Shown here one piece after another: positions 37,670 to 48,456 of a DNA stretch of 55,010 nucleotides (position 1 is the stretch's first letter; every line of letters starts with the position of its first letter). The DNA is taken from the IMG/VR virus record IMGVR_UViG_3300042466_000463, positions 1-55,010 of that record; one strand, given 5' to 3'. Below the pieces are notes generated by a model. The model was not told the origin of the DNA. It saw only the letters and a program-made list of their open reading frames with translations, and made no database searches. The position numbers and the translations under genes were made by a program. This stretch comes from a virus (lineage: Duplodnaviria > Caudoviricetes).

Positions 37670-38764
37670 ATGGCTAAAAAAATGTTGGTCAATTTAGACC
37701 TCTCAAAAAATCAGATACTTAACGTAGCGTTACAGAATCTTAGTTCACCTCCAGGTTCACCTGTTCAGGGTCAAATCTACTATAACACAGGAGACAAGGC
37801 TATCTACTATTGGGATGGTACTGCTTGGATTAATGTGTCAGGAGATATTAGTGCTGTATTAGCAGGAGCAGGTCTTACAGGTGGCGGAACTAGTGGTTCT
37901 GTTACTTTAGATGTGAATGTAGATAACGCAACTATCGAGATTGATAACGATATAGTTCGTGTTAAAGATTTAGGTATCACTACCGGAAAGTTGAATGATG
38001 GTGCTGTAACTACAATTAAGATTGGAGCAAATCAGGTAACCCTAGCAAAACTTGCTCAGATTGCTAATAACACTGTTATAGGTAATACATCTGGCGGTAC
38101 AGCGACCCCTTCTGAAGTTACAATCATAACTGATTTAGCTAGTGCTAGTTCTACTACACTTGCTACATCTAGCGCTATCAAAACATATATTGACGCACAG
38201 GTTGGTGGACTAGGTAACCTAGAAGGTGCATGGAATGCTTCAAGTGGAACTTTCCCTGTCGGTTCATCTCCTACTGCAGGTACAAAAGCAGGTGATTATT
38301 GGTACGTAAGTGTAGCCGGAACTACAGGCGGTGTTGCGTTTAATGTTGGTGATGTAATCATCGCTAAGGTAAACTCAGCGTCAACTACTTTAGCTTCTGA
38401 TTGGATTCAGTTAGAGGTTAATAGAGACCAAGCTACAGAAACAGTTTTAGGTTTAGCTGAAATCGCTACTCAAGCAGAAACTGACACAGGAACAGACGAC
38501 CAAAGAATCGTTACCCCATTAAAACTAAAAACATTACTAGATAATAGAACAGGCGGATACGCTGCTAATGTCGGTAATGGAAGTGCTACTTCTTATGTTG
38601 TTACACATAGCTTAGGAACAGTTGATGTGATTGTAATGTTGAAAGATAACTCTACTCTTGAAGAGGTGATTGCAGATGTGGTTATAACTGATGCTAATAA
38701 CGTAACAGTTAGTTTTGCTAGTGCACCTGCTTTAAATGCGTATAGAGTTATCATAAAGAAATAA
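37670..38764 (+). CDS. Tail fibre-like protein
   Basis: GQIYYN, AGAGLTGGG, ATET..G..EIAT and VTHSLGT motifs. Confidence 0.7.
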   Translation: MAKKMLVNLDLSKNQILNVALQNLSSPPGSPVQGQIYYNTGDKAIYYWDGTAWINVSGDISAVLAGAGLTGGGTSGSVTLDVNVDNATIEIDNDIVRVKDLGITTGKLNDGAVTTIKIGANQVTLAKLAQIANNTVIGNTSGGTATPSEVTIITDLASASSTTLATSSAIKTYIDAQVGGLGNLEGAWNASSGTFPVGSSPTAGTKAGDYWYVSVAGTTGGVAFNVGDVIIAKVNSASTTLASDWIQLEVNRDQATETVLGLAEIATQAETDTGTDDQRIVTPLKLKTLLDNRTGGYAANVGNGSATSYVVTHSLGTVDVIVMLKDNSTLEEVIADVVITDANNVTVSFASAPALNAYRVIIKK

Positions 38765-38769
38765 AGTAA

Positions 38770-41700
38770 ATGAAAGTACTATCTAATTTATCCTTATACG
38801 GAACATTAGGACTAAACTCAGTAGTTGATGCTAATACTGATACTGACAAGTTTCTTGTCATAGATTCTAATGGTATAGTAAAATATAGAACTGGTCAAGA
38901 GTTATATAATGATATTGGGGCAGGAGGAGCTGCGGCTTATACATCTGTACTTCAGCATGAAGTTAAAGCAGGTGTAGCTCTTACTAAAGGTCAGGCTGTT
39001 TATGTTACTAGTGCAGATGGTACTAATATGATTGTGGGTAAAGCTTCAAACGCATCAGAAGCTACATCAAGCAAAACACTAGGACTATTAGTTCAAAACC
39101 TTGCTATTAATGATATAGGTTTTGTTGTAACAGAGGGTTTGCTTGCAGGTCTAGATACTAGCACCGCATTGGCAGGAGACCCTGTATGGCTAGGAACAGA
39201 TGGTAACTTGATATTTGGTTTATCAAACAAGCCTTATGCTCCAGCCCACTTAGTATTTATTGGTATAGTTACTAGAGTTCAACAAAATAATGGAGAGATT
39301 TTTGTAAAGGTTCAAAACGGGTTTGAGTTAAATGAGATTCATAATGTTCAAATCACATCTACTCCTTCTGATAATACAGTTCTAGCGTACGAGACTTCTA
39401 CATCTTTATACAAGATGAAGTCGATTCCTACATTATTAGGATATACTCCTACAACAAACGCTAGAACATTAACTATAAATGGAACTTCTTATGATTTAAG
39501 TGCGGATAGAAGTTGGTCAGTAGGTACGCATACAGGAAATTTAACTACGGGATATGTCCCTAAAGCTACAGGAGCTACAACATTAACAGATAGTATAATA
39601 TATGATAATGGTAGCGGTATAGGTATTAATACAGCTTCTCCTTATGACTCAGCTAACTTTAAGTTAGATGTTAATGGAGGTGTTATTATTAAAAATACTT
39701 CAGGTACTCTTGCACAATTAATTTTAATAAACTCTAATCCTGCAACAGGCGGCAATAATGGTTTCGTGCAATTTACGGCAGGTGGCAACACTGCCACAGC
39801 ATTCGCAGAATTGCAATCATATTATGGACTTTCAGTTGCTTCAGGAGCATTAAGACTTCAACCGGCAGGTGGTCAAGTTTTAATTGGAACAAGAACAGCA
39901 TCAGCATTTACAACTGATATAAATGGTACGTTAAGAGTATCAGGTCAATTAACATTAGGTTCAACAATAAGTAACAATACCTATGTTTATACTATGCCAG
40001 GAGCTTCAGGAACTTTAGCTCTTGTTAGTCAAATACCAAGTTTAAGTGGATACGTTCAAACTTCTAGGACATTAACAATAAACGGAGTTTCTTATGACTT
40101 GTCTGCTGATAGGTCTTGGTCTATTACCGCAGGTGTATCATCAGTTCAAGCAGGTTCAGGTATAAGCGTGTCCACAAGTGGTGGCGTTGCAACTGTATCA
40201 AATACAGGCTTATTATCAGGAACCGCAGGTTCAGGTATCAGCGTAAGTACGTCAGGAGGAACTTTGAGCATTAGTAATACAGGTTTGCTATCAGCGTCTG
40301 CTGGAAGCGGAATTAGTGTAAGTACATCAGGCGGAACACTCAGCATTAGTAATACAGGATTATTATCTGCTTTGGCAGGTAGCGGTATTAGTGTAAGTAC
40401 ATCGGGAGGTTCGCTAAGTATTAGCAACACAGGTATATTATCAATACTAGCAGGTTCTGGAATAAGTGTATCTACAAGTGGCGGAACAACTACTATTACA
40501 AATACAATTACAAACACCAATCAGCTTACCAATGGTGCAGGATATATTACAGGTATCACTAGCTCAATGGTGACAAGTGCACTTGGTTACACACCATACA
40601 ATAGTTCTAATCCTAATGGGTATATAACATCTTCTGCTTTAAGTTCTTACTTACCACTTTCAGGGGGCACAATGAGCGGAATAATAGCATTCTCGAATGT
40701 TACAGGAAATAAAATAGACTTTTATCACACTACTACAGGTAGTGGAGATAGATATGGAATACAAGTCCAAAGCTCTGAATTAAGAATACATTCAGGAGCA
40801 GCGGGGGCATCCACAGGTGGTATTACATTTGGCAAAAGTGACACAACAACATTTACCGAACACTTGAGAATTAGAAATGATGGTATAGTTCAGGTAAATA
40901 GTTATTTAAGAACGTCAGGTGTTACTTCTAATACAGTATTTTTTTCAGCTGGAACAAATTCAGTTGATTTTGGTAATGCCCTTGGGCAAGGTACTTCAAG
41001 TAGAAGTACGTATTTTAGGGGTAATACAGATAATGTTTCTGTATGGTGGGGCGGTGTTGATGGTAACGGAAACAATATTCCTTATGGAGCAATAGATGCA
41101 ACAGCTGGTCAATTTACATTTTGGAGAAATAGTGGTGGAACTGGTGGTGGAGATTGGACAAATATTATGACCATGAACGCTTCTGGTCTTACAATGGTTA
41201 ATGGTAATTTTATAGGCTCCTTAATTGGTAACGCTAGCACTGCAAGCACTGCTACTAATGTAGCTTGGACAGGTGTGTCAGCAGGAATTAGAGAAAACTA
41301 CGACTTACAATTTAGACCTGCTGATAACTCTAGTAGTTATGCTGGATTAAGTTTTGCATCTCCAGGTAATTCTCAGAATGGTGGTTATTTTTTAATTAGA
41401 GGAGGCGCAGACAATGATGTATACACTCAAAATGGAATTACGCTTGTAGCAGATTTAGGTTGGTTGACTCTTGCTCAAAGAACAACAGCTAGCAGAGGTG
41501 TAAGAATAATGACAGGCTCTAGCACTTCTACAGAACGTGCAAGATTTCTTACAGATGGTCAAATACAATTTTTAAATGGAACTGGATTTACTTATAATGG
41601 TAATACTATTTGGCACCAAGGTAATCTAACTAACTTAAACCAACTTACTAACGGCCCAGGATACATAACAGGATATACTGAAACTGATACATTAGCTAGT

Positions 41701-44097
41701 GTTACCGGAAGAGGAGCAAGTACTTCAACATTATCAAACTTTAATGCAGGATTAACTTCTGCAAAGACTTCTAAAACCGCATATAGCATACATATAAAAG
41801 GAGGTTTTTATGGAGCTCCAAGATTACAGTTATATGATTTAGCTGTTGATGGTAACGCATTTGTTGGTTTAGGTGTAGACATGTCTGGTGCAGCGTATGA
41901 ATTTTCAAATTATTTTCCTAGATATGCTGGTAGTGGTAAATGGTCGGTAGGTTCTTGGGCCGGTGATTTTGGAACAGGACAATATGTTTCTGGATACAAT
42001 GAAAAGTTTTGGATAACTGAAAATGCTGCTGCATTTAATATATCTGTAACTGTAAACGGGACAATGCGTTTTACTGATACCACAAATGGTATTTATAAAT
42101 CTGGTGATAGATTAACAATTCGCTCGGAATCTACCGATAACGTAGCAAACTTTGCAAACTATGGTTTATATCTTCCTGTGATGAGCCAAACAGCAGGTTT
42201 GTATGTTGAAAGTCCTATTGAGGCTAGAGGTGGCTTAAGAATGGGTAGTGGTGCTAGTAATGGGACTATAACTGTAGGGGCTGATACTGGAGCAACCGCA
42301 AATAGACTTGTTCAACGTGATGGTGGTGGAGATATATATAGCCGATATTCTTTTGCTATACACTTTAATGCATCTTGTCCTAATAATGAAAACCCATCTA
42401 TTGCTGCTATATGGACAAATAGTGGAGCCGACAACTACTTAAGAAAGTCTACACCTGCTCACCTAATAAGTCAGCTTGGCTTAATTACTACGTCTAATAT
42501 TGGTTCTCAATCTGTAAATAACTCATCTCAACTTAATGGTTTAAGCAAAATACAGCTTTGGAATAATAGTGGACAAAATCATGAGGCATACCAATCTTTT
42601 GCAGCAATACCAAACTTTGGTGTTTGGTTTATGCAGAACTCTTCACCTTCTGATACTCCGCAATCTGCTTCACAATACTATGTTCAAACACAAGGTTTAG
42701 GAAATCAATATCCATATGGTACAGGCACACCTGGTGCTTATGCTTTAATGACTGCGGTAGCAAGAGACCATGCTCTTAAATATACTTATTACAGAACTCT
42801 TGAAAATGGTAATTGGGGAAGTTGGACAAAAGCTGCTGCAGGATATGCTGATACAGCAGGTTCATTATCAAGCATGAACATATCTCAGTTTACTAATAAC
42901 TCAGGATATGTTACAACGAGTGGTTTATCAACAGATACCGATTCTGAGCAACAAGCTGGATTAAGATATCTTAATTGGAATGAAGGTATTAGGAGAATGA
43001 ACACTGACCCAAGGTGGAATGAAAGTGGATACGATGGTGATTTAGGATGTTTACATATTTGGGCTTTTACATCCGGTGGCGTACCTTACGGAAGAGCTGG
43101 CATAGCTCTTTATAATGGTTCTGATTATCAATATTTAACAACAAAAGCATCTACATCAGGTATTTTCGTAAATAATAGTTTAATATTAACAACTGGCAAT
43201 TATAACTCTTATGCATTACCACTATCTGGTGGAAGCTTAAGTGGTGACTTAGGAATGGGAGGAAGTAGAATCACATACTCAACTTATAATGCCCCTAACA
43301 TGATTGTAGCAGGTAGTGGTGATAATAACTGGACATTTGGGTCTTTCCATGATGGTGGTTCTCAATATTGGATGCAAGTTAAATTTTATGGAACTGGTGA
43401 TGATAGTAGAGGCTTTAGAATTTTAGATGTAAATGGAGGAACTGTTAGATTTAGAGTAAACGGTGCTGGTAATGCTTATGCAAATAATAATCTTATATTA
43501 ACAACAGCTAATTACTCTTCATATGCTTTAACAACTGGAGGAGGTACTGTAACGGGAACTATTCTTTCTAGTTTTGATAATAGTTGGGCATTAAGAATAA
43601 ATAGAAGTAGTACAAGTAATTATTTAGGTATTACCTACGCTACAGGTGGAGCGCTTCAATGGTATTTAGGCCCAAGAGAAGACGGAACTCATACATATAG
43701 ATTTTATAATTTTGCTACAACGTTAAATACTTGGAGTATAGATGTAAATGGTAATTGTACAGCTAGTGGAGACATAACAGCTTTTTCTGATGCTCGTGTT
43801 AAAACAAACGTTAAGACTATTGAAAATGCACTTAATAAAGTGCTCGGTTTGAGAGGGGTTTCTTACAATAGAACAGATTCTCAAGATAAGAAAACTAAAA
43901 TTGGTGTGATTGCGCAGGAAACACTCCCTATAGTTCCGGAAGTTGTTAATCAAGAAAATGATGGAATGTATAGTGTTTCTTACGGAAACTTTGGTGGATT
44001 ATTTATTGAGGCATTCAAAGAGCAGCAACAACAGATAAAGGCTCAAGCAGAACAGATTAGTGAACTTAAATCTATAATTAATGCCCTTACCAAGTAG
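38770..44097 (+). CDS. Long tail fibre with C-terminal intramolecular chaperone (peptidase S74)
   Basis: Gly/Ser/Thr-rich; SDARVKTNV...GVIAQE...PEVV...VSY plus terminal coiled coil from about 43786. Confidence 0.88.
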   Translation: MKVLSNLSLYGTLGLNSVVDANTDTDKFLVIDSNGIVKYRTGQELYNDIGAGGAAAYTSVLQHEVKAGVALTKGQAVYVTSADGTNMIVGKASNASEATSSKTLGLLVQNLAINDIGFVVTEGLLAGLDTSTALAGDPVWLGTDGNLIFGLSNKPYAPAHLVFIGIVTRVQQNNGEIFVKVQNGFELNEIHNVQITSTPSDNTVLAYETSTSLYKMKSIPTLLGYTPTTNARTLTINGTSYDLSADRSWSVGTHTGNLTTGYVPKATGATTLTDSIIYDNGSGIGINTASPYDSANFKLDVNGGVIIKNTSGTLAQLILINSNPATGGNNGFVQFTAGGNTATAFAELQSYYGLSVASGALRLQPAGGQVLIGTRTASAFTTDINGTLRVSGQLTLGSTISNNTYVYTMPGASGTLALVSQIPSLSGYVQTSRTLTINGVSYDLSADRSWSITAGVSSVQAGSGISVSTSGGVATVSNTGLLSGTAGSGISVSTSGGTLSISNTGLLSASAGSGISVSTSGGTLSISNTGLLSALAGSGISVSTSGGSLSISNTGILSILAGSGISVSTSGGTTTITNTITNTNQLTNGAGYITGITSSMVTSALGYTPYNSSNPNGYITSSALSSYLPLSGGTMSGIIAFSNVTGNKIDFYHTTTGSGDRYGIQVQSSELRIHSGAAGASTGGITFGKSDTTTFTEHLRIRNDGIVQVNSYLRTSGVTSNTVFFSAGTNSVDFGNALGQGTSSRSTYFRGNTDNVSVWWGGVDGNGNNIPYGAIDATAGQFTFWRNSGGTGGGDWTNIMTMNASGLTMVNGNFIGSLIGNASTASTATNVAWTGVSAGIRENYDLQFRPADNSSSYAGLSFASPGNSQNGGYFLIRGGADNDVYTQNGITLVADLGWLTLAQRTTASRGVRIMTGSSTSTERARFLTDGQIQFLNGTGFTYNGNTIWHQGNLTNLNQLTNGPGYITGYTETDTLASVTGRGASTSTLSNFNAGLTSAKTSKTAYSIHIKGGFYGAPRLQLYDLAVDGNAFVGLGVDMSGAAYEFSNYFPRYAGSGKWSVGSWAGDFGTGQYVSGYNEKFWITENAAAFNISVTVNGTMRFTDTTNGIYKSGDRLTIRSESTDNVANFANYGLYLPVMSQTAGLYVESPIEARGGLRMGSGASNGTITVGADTGATANRLVQRDGGGDIYSRYSFAIHFNASCPNNENPSIAAIWTNSGADNYLRKSTPAHLISQLGLITTSNIGSQSVNNSSQLNGLSKIQLWNNSGQNHEAYQSFAAIPNFGVWFMQNSSPSDTPQSASQYYVQTQGLGNQYPYGTGTPGAYALMTAVARDHALKYTYYRTLENGNWGSWTKAAAGYADTAGSLSSMNISQFTNNSGYVTTSGLSTDTDSEQQAGLRYLNWNEGIRRMNTDPRWNESGYDGDLGCLHIWAFTSGGVPYGRAGIALYNGSDYQYLTTKASTSGIFVNNSLILTTGNYNSYALPLSGGSLSGDLGMGGSRITYSTYNAPNMIVAGSGDNNWTFGSFHDGGSQYWMQVKFYGTGDDSRGFRILDVNGGTVRFRVNGAGNAYANNNLILTTANYSSYALTTGGGTVTGTILSSFDNSWALRINRSSTSNYLGITYATGGALQWYLGPREDGTHTYRFYNFATTLNTWSIDVNGNCTASGDITAFSDARVKTNVKTIENALNKVLGLRGVSYNRTDSQDKKTKIGVIAQETLPIVPEVVNQENDGMYSVSYGNFGGLFIEAFKEQQQQIKAQAEQISELKSIINALTK
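40150..40500 (+). repeat. 75-nt (25-aa) tandem repeat, 5 copies, in the tail fibre
   Basis: AGSGISVSTSGG begins at 40150, 40225, 40300, 40375 and 40450. Confidence 0.9.
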
Positions 44098-44914
44098 TGG
44101 AGCTTTAGGTATTGGAGCTATACGCACAGAACTAGGAAGTGGTTCAGGTAGCTTAAGAACACTCAGCTCTTTAGTTGGGTTTAGTACTCCTGATGCCATT
44201 AGTGAGTTCTACGGGTACGATACAGACCTTCTTCTTCATTTAAGGGCAAACAACTCAAGTTCATACCCAGGAAGTGGCACAACATGGTTTGATATTAGTG
44301 GTAAGGGAAATCATGGTACTCTTACTAATAGGTCTGCAATCAATCCTGTATGGAATGGTTCTAGCTTTGAGTTTCAGGGGTCAAATCCTTTTGGTACTTA
44401 TCAAAATGGTAGATATGTAAGCTTTCCCAACTACGAATTCCCTGAACCAAGCGGTAAAAATAGGGTAACACTTAATGTATGGTTTTACCCTACAGAATCT
44501 TCTTATCCTATGATTTTGGCGGGCACTAACTTTAATGGCTCAACAACATTTCAGGGGTATCAGTTATGGATAAATGGGACAACTCTGTATGGTAGGATTT
44601 CAGGCAGCGGCACTACTTTTGTAGACTTAGCATACGGATTCTCATTGAACACTTGGATAAATGCTACATTGACATATGACGGCTCAACGGCAAGACTATA
44701 TGTAAATGGCTCTTTAATAACATCTTCTTTTCTAGGGGTAACTATGAACTATGCTGCTCCTGGGCTATTTCTTATTGGCGCTCAGTATAACGCAACAGGG
44801 GCTACTAATATAGCAGAATTCTATACAGGTAGGATATCTGTGGTGAGACTCTATTCTAGGGCCCTTTCGGGGTCTGAAGTAACCGCAATATATAATCAAG
44901 ACGTTGCGAGTTAA
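44081..44914 (+). CDS. LamG/concanavalin A-like lectin receptor-binding protein
   Basis: SYPGSGTTWFDISG.GN, W...TLTYDG...LYVNG, G.IS.VRLY.RALS. Confidence 0.85.
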   Translation: MPLPSSGALGIGAIRTELGSGSGSLRTLSSLVGFSTPDAISEFYGYDTDLLLHLRANNSSSYPGSGTTWFDISGKGNHGTLTNRSAINPVWNGSSFEFQGSNPFGTYQNGRYVSFPNYEFPEPSGKNRVTLNVWFYPTESSYPMILAGTNFNGSTTFQGYQLWINGTTLYGRISGSGTTFVDLAYGFSLNTWINATLTYDGSTARLYVNGSLITSSFLGVTMNYAAPGLFLIGAQYNATGATNIAEFYTGRISVVRLYSRALSGSEVTAIYNQDVAS

Positions 44915-44946
44915 TATAATAATTACCTTTGTAAAATAATAGAAAA

Positions 44947-45132
44947 ATGGAAACAATCGTAGATACATCGTACAACCTCAACAACTTTGAATTCGTAATT
45001 AAGCCTGTTCAGAACTTTTCAAGTGCTGATAACAGCCTGTTATTAATGGGGTGCGTTGCACTCATTTTACTTGTAAGTGTTGCAAGGTGCGAATTAATAG
45101 GATATAATAAGTATATTTGTAAATTAAAATAA
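44947..45132 (+). CDS. Small single-TM protein
   Basis: 61 aa; TACCTTTG promoter at 44924. Confidence 0.5.
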   Translation: METIVDTSYNLNNFEFVIKPVQNFSSADNSLLLMGCVALILLVSVARCELIGYNKYICKLK

Positions 45133-45137
45133 TAAAA

Positions 45138-45425
45138 ATGAAAACAATTTATGTAGAGCCGGCAAGCATTGAAATTAATGGCTCGTCAATCGGAACTGTT
45201 ACCAAAGTAACCCTTAGCGGTAATTGCGAATTGTTCGCAACTCAGGTTAATGTATGGGTAAACATGATTTCAACTTCAACTAGCTTTGCTAATAAGTCTC
45301 TTGTTGTTACCGAAGGTATCACACCGGCAGGCGTTAATTGGGCAGCAGTAGAAGCTGATGTTCTTGAGCAACTAGGATTAACTAAGTCTGAAAATCAGAC
45401 TGAACCAGCTCCTGTAGCTCCATAA
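45138..45425 (+). CDS. Hypothetical (possibly fibre-associated) protein
   Basis: 95 aa; TATATTTG promoter at 45112. Confidence 0.65.
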   Translation: MKTIYVEPASIEINGSSIGTVTKVTLSGNCELFATQVNVWVNMISTSTSFANKSLVVTEGITPAGVNWAAVEADVLEQLGLTKSENQTEPAPVAP

Positions 45426-45461
45426 TCAAAAGCAGCATATTTGTAACATAAACCAAAAATA

Positions 45462-45914
45462 ATGGCAAAAGTAAAAAAGAAGTACCAAGAGCTACTTAAC
45501 GTAGTTAGAGCTATCAATGTTCTTGCTAATAATAAAGAGCATGCTGACGCAAACACTAAAGGCGTTAAGAAATTAGCTAAAATTGGTGAAAAGATGAAAT
45601 CTCATCTAGAAGCCTATAATGATAAGCTAGATGATATCCGTTTAGAATGTGCTAATACAGACAAAGATGGTTCTTTGTTATTAGATGAGAATGGTGGATA
45701 CAAGTACACAAAAGAGCAGTTAAAAGAACTTAACAAGAAGGTTAAGGTTTTATTAGCTGAAGAGTTTGAATTCTATCAGTTCACATTCTCTACAGAAGGC
45801 CTTGAAAAGTATGGCTTTTTAGATGGATTTGTAGAAGGATTAGAGTTCCCTGAACTAGCGGAAACCGAAGATGATGAGGATACTGCTGAAGCTCAGGTTG
45901 TAGAAATGGTATAG
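45462..45914 (+). CDS. Hypothetical protein (possible tail assembly chaperone)
   Basis: 150 aa; DKDG.L..DENG motif. Confidence 0.6.
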   Translation: MAKVKKKYQELLNVVRAINVLANNKEHADANTKGVKKLAKIGEKMKSHLEAYNDKLDDIRLECANTDKDGSLLLDENGGYKYTKEQLKELNKKVKVLLAEEFEFYQFTFSTEGLEKYGFLDGFVEGLEFPELAETEDDEDTAEAQVVEMV

Positions 45915-45935
45915 TAAAATAAACTATAATATTAT

Positions 45936-45963
45936 AAGGGTGGCCAATAGGCTACCCTTTTTT
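45936..45963 (+). terminator. Intrinsic terminator
   Basis: aagggtggcc-aata-ggctaccctt followed by a T-run. Confidence 0.85.
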
Positions 45964-46005
45964 ATTGACTTAATTATAATTAAGTAATTTTGTATAAAAT
46001 TGGTT

Positions 46006-46272
46006 ATGAAGAAGTTATTCACATGGATGGGAGGATTCTTTTCCTCTGAAAGCAATAATTCTAGTAAGAGACTAGTAGGTATAATAGGTGCAGGTTTCCT
46101 TTATTGGACACTTTACACTAACTCTATGTCTGAAGCTCATGTAGTACCTGCTGAATCGCTTGTATGGGCAACTACAGCCCTTATAATGGTTTCTCTAGGT
46201 CTAACTACCATCGAGTCAGTTACCGGTCTTATTAAGGGTTTTAAACAAGATAAAACAGAAGATAATGGCTAA
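46006..46272 (+). CDS. Holin-like two-TM protein
   Basis: SSKRLVG followed by two TM helices; TAATTTTG promoter at 45985. Confidence 0.65.
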   Translation: MKKLFTWMGGFFSSESNNSSKRLVGIIGAGFLYWTLYTNSMSEAHVVPAESLVWATTALIMVSLGLTTIESVTGLIKGFKQDKTEDNG

Positions 46273-46600
46273 AGCAGTAAGAAAGAAAGTTGCAACTAGC
46301 GAAGAGTCTAGTGGACTTAAAATAGGTGCTAATCCACTACCTATTAGTTTTTCTCAATTCTCTAAGAATCCAGTTGTAGGAACTATGTTTTTAGTTATCA
46401 TAGGAATATCTGCCTTATACGTGGACATTAGGACTACTTTCAATAAGCAGATTGATGGTCAAGGCGGAAAGATTGAGAAGTTAGAAGGTAAGGTAGATTT
46501 ATTACAAGATGCTGTTCGCAGATGCGACAGTTCTTTATCATCAGCTACAACTAAACTAAGTACACTAAATCAATTAGGTAAGATAGAAAACATCAAGTAA
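46265..46600 (+). CDS. TM + coiled-coil protein (lysis cassette)
   Basis: One TM helix followed by heptads. Confidence 0.6.
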   Translation: MAKAVRKKVATSEESSGLKIGANPLPISFSQFSKNPVVGTMFLVIIGISALYVDIRTTFNKQIDGQGGKIEKLEGKVDLLQDAVRRCDSSLSSATTKLSTLNQLGKIENIK

Positions 46601-46920
46601 TGAAGTATTTTATTATAGTATTTTTATTTGGATGTCAGGCTGTTAATACTCAAGAGGTAAGTAAAGAGCAAATGAAAGAGTTGGAGTTTGAAAAGCTAAT
46701 GAAAGGCGTTCAAATGACAAATCAACTAAGTAGTCAAGCTCAACAAAAAGCTGCCGAAAAAGAGGTTCAGATTGTATCTAAAGCAGTAAGTACTATAGTA
46801 GACCTAAAACAAGAAGTAAAAGAATTAAAAACAGAACTAAATGAGGTTAAAGCTAAACTTGACTCTGTTAATAATATTGACAATAGCAAGCCATTCTCTA
46901 TTAAGGGCGCAGGTAGTTAA
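46600..46920 (+). CDS. Lipoprotein with coiled coil (spanin-like)
   Basis: MKYFIIVFLFGC lipobox. Confidence 0.6.
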   Translation: MKYFIIVFLFGCQAVNTQEVSKEQMKELEFEKLMKGVQMTNQLSSQAQQKAAEKEVQIVSKAVSTIVDLKQEVKELKTELNEVKAKLDSVNNIDNSKPFSIKGAGS

Positions 46921-47290
46921 AAAGATTGGAAATGACAGTGTTGTTGTTATGACTATTAAGCAAGGGATTGCTATTAATAATCTTATTGACTCTCTTGAGA
47001 ACCAGGTATATAAGAAATCCGACTCTCTATCTTTCTTAAATAAAAGAGTAGATATAGTATTAGATAGCATTATAAGAATAAACCAAAAGCATACTATAGA
47101 AAAAGATACTCTTATTCAATCTAACAAAGTAAAGCTAGATAGCCTTATGGATTATAAAAACAGATACTATAAAAACCTAGCTGTCTATAATCAGTTTGAA
47201 AAAGATGTAAAGTTTGAGCAAAAGCTACACAGATTCAATAGTACATTATTCACATTATTAGTAATATTTTTATACTCTCAAATAAAATAA
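46841..47290 (+). CDS. Signal peptide + coiled coil + C-terminal TM protein (spanin-like)
   Basis: N-terminal signal, C-terminal hydrophobic helix; 80-nt overlap with the upstream gene. Confidence 0.55.
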   Translation: MRLKLNLTLLIILTIASHSLLRAQVVKKIGNDSVVVMTIKQGIAINNLIDSLENQVYKKSDSLSFLNKRVDIVLDSIIRINQKHTIEKDTLIQSNKVKLDSLMDYKNRYYKNLAVYNQFEKDVKFEQKLHRFNSTLFTLLVIFLYSQIK

Positions 47291-47291
47291 C

Positions 47292-47891
47292 ATGAAACTA
47301 GACGCATTAGCTACGAAAATTCCAGCTCAAGTATTGTCAGAAATACCATCAGTAATGGAGAAGTTCTCTATAACAAGCCCACTTAGATTGGCTCATTTTT
47401 TATCTCAGTGTGCTCACGAGAGCGGCAACTTTAAGGCTGTTACCGAGAACCTTAATTATGGGGCAAAAGGATTGCGTTCTATATTTGGGAAATACTTTAA
47501 AGATGATGCATCAGCCAAGGCTTTTGAAAGAAAACCTGAAAAAATAGCTAATAAAGTATATGCTTCTAGAATGGGTAATGGAGACGAAGCTAGTGGAGAT
47601 GGTTGGAAGTTTAGAGGAAGAGGATATATTCAATTAACCGGCAAGGATAATTACAGTCAATTCGACAAGGTTGTAGAAGATGATATCCTAGCTAATCCTG
47701 ATTTGATAGCTACAAAGTATCCATTAATGTCTGCAGCTTTCTTCTTTGAGAAGAATAATCTATGGAAAATATGTGATGGAGGAGCTGATAAAGAAGATGT
47801 AATCGCTGTTACAAAGCGTGTAAATGGCGGTACACATGGGCTTGAGGATAGACTAGCTAAATTCAGCTTATTCAACTCTTTACTCAGCTAG
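47292..47891 (+). CDS. Endolysin, glycoside hydrolase family 19
   Basis: AHFLSQCAHESG, ENLNY, FRGRGYIQLTGKDNY, TKRVNGG.HGLEDR. Confidence 0.92.
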   Translation: MKLDALATKIPAQVLSEIPSVMEKFSITSPLRLAHFLSQCAHESGNFKAVTENLNYGAKGLRSIFGKYFKDDASAKAFERKPEKIANKVYASRMGNGDEASGDGWKFRGRGYIQLTGKDNYSQFDKVVEDDILANPDLIATKYPLMSAAFFFEKNNLWKICDGGADKEDVIAVTKRVNGGTHGLEDRLAKFSLFNSLLS

Positions 47892-47924
47892 TACATATCC
47901 GAATACCTTCATATATTTGCACTA

Positions 47925-48182
47925 ATGAAAGACAACGTAGTAGATAAAGTTAAAGCGTGGCTTATGCCACTTTTACTGAGCGGATTCTGCTATATATTCT
48001 ATAGTGACATAAGAGAAATGAAGTCTGACATTAAAATATTACTAGGGCAGAGTAGAGAATACTCAATAAGAATAACAACAGCGGAAAGAGATATATCAGA
48101 ATTAAAAGGTAAAATAGCAATATATGAAAGATACCCTGCAAAGCATGAGGAGTTTTATGACACCAAAAAGAATCTTAGGTAG
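47925..48182 (+). CDS. TM + coiled-coil protein
   Basis: One TM helix followed by heptads; TATATTTG promoter at 47912. Confidence 0.6.
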   Translation: MKDNVVDKVKAWLMPLLLSGFCYIFYSDIREMKSDIKILLGQSREYSIRITTAERDISELKGKIAIYERYPAKHEEFYDTKKNLR

Positions 48183-48456
48183 TCTAATTGCAGTTGTATT
48201 TATCTTGATGGTCATTTTTGTGAAAAAATCACAAAAAGAAATCAAATTAGACCTAATAAAGTACGATTCAGCCATAAATAGTGCTAAAATTGAGATAAAA
48301 TCTCTAGAATTAGAATCAAAGGAGAAAGAGAAGAAAGTAGCATCTAAAGAATATTCAGTTAAAGAAATATATATTCAGTATGAAAAAGATACTACTTATG
48401 TCAATAGTATGTCTATTGACTCTATCCAAAGCTGGTTCACAGACCGTTACAAATAA
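48157..48456 (+). CDS. N-terminal TM + coiled-coil protein (spanin-like)
   Basis: MTPKRILGSLIAVVFILMVIFV followed by heptads. Confidence 0.6.
   Translation: MTPKRILGSLIAVVFILMVIFVKKSQKEIKLDLIKYDSAINSAKIEIKSLELESKEKEKKVASKEYSVKEIYIQYEKDTTYVNSMSIDSIQSWFTDRYK

Noticed and set aside
38770-44914. Diversity-generating retroelement acting on fibre or lectin genes
   Set aside because: No reverse transcriptase, and no template/variable repeat pair differing only at adenines
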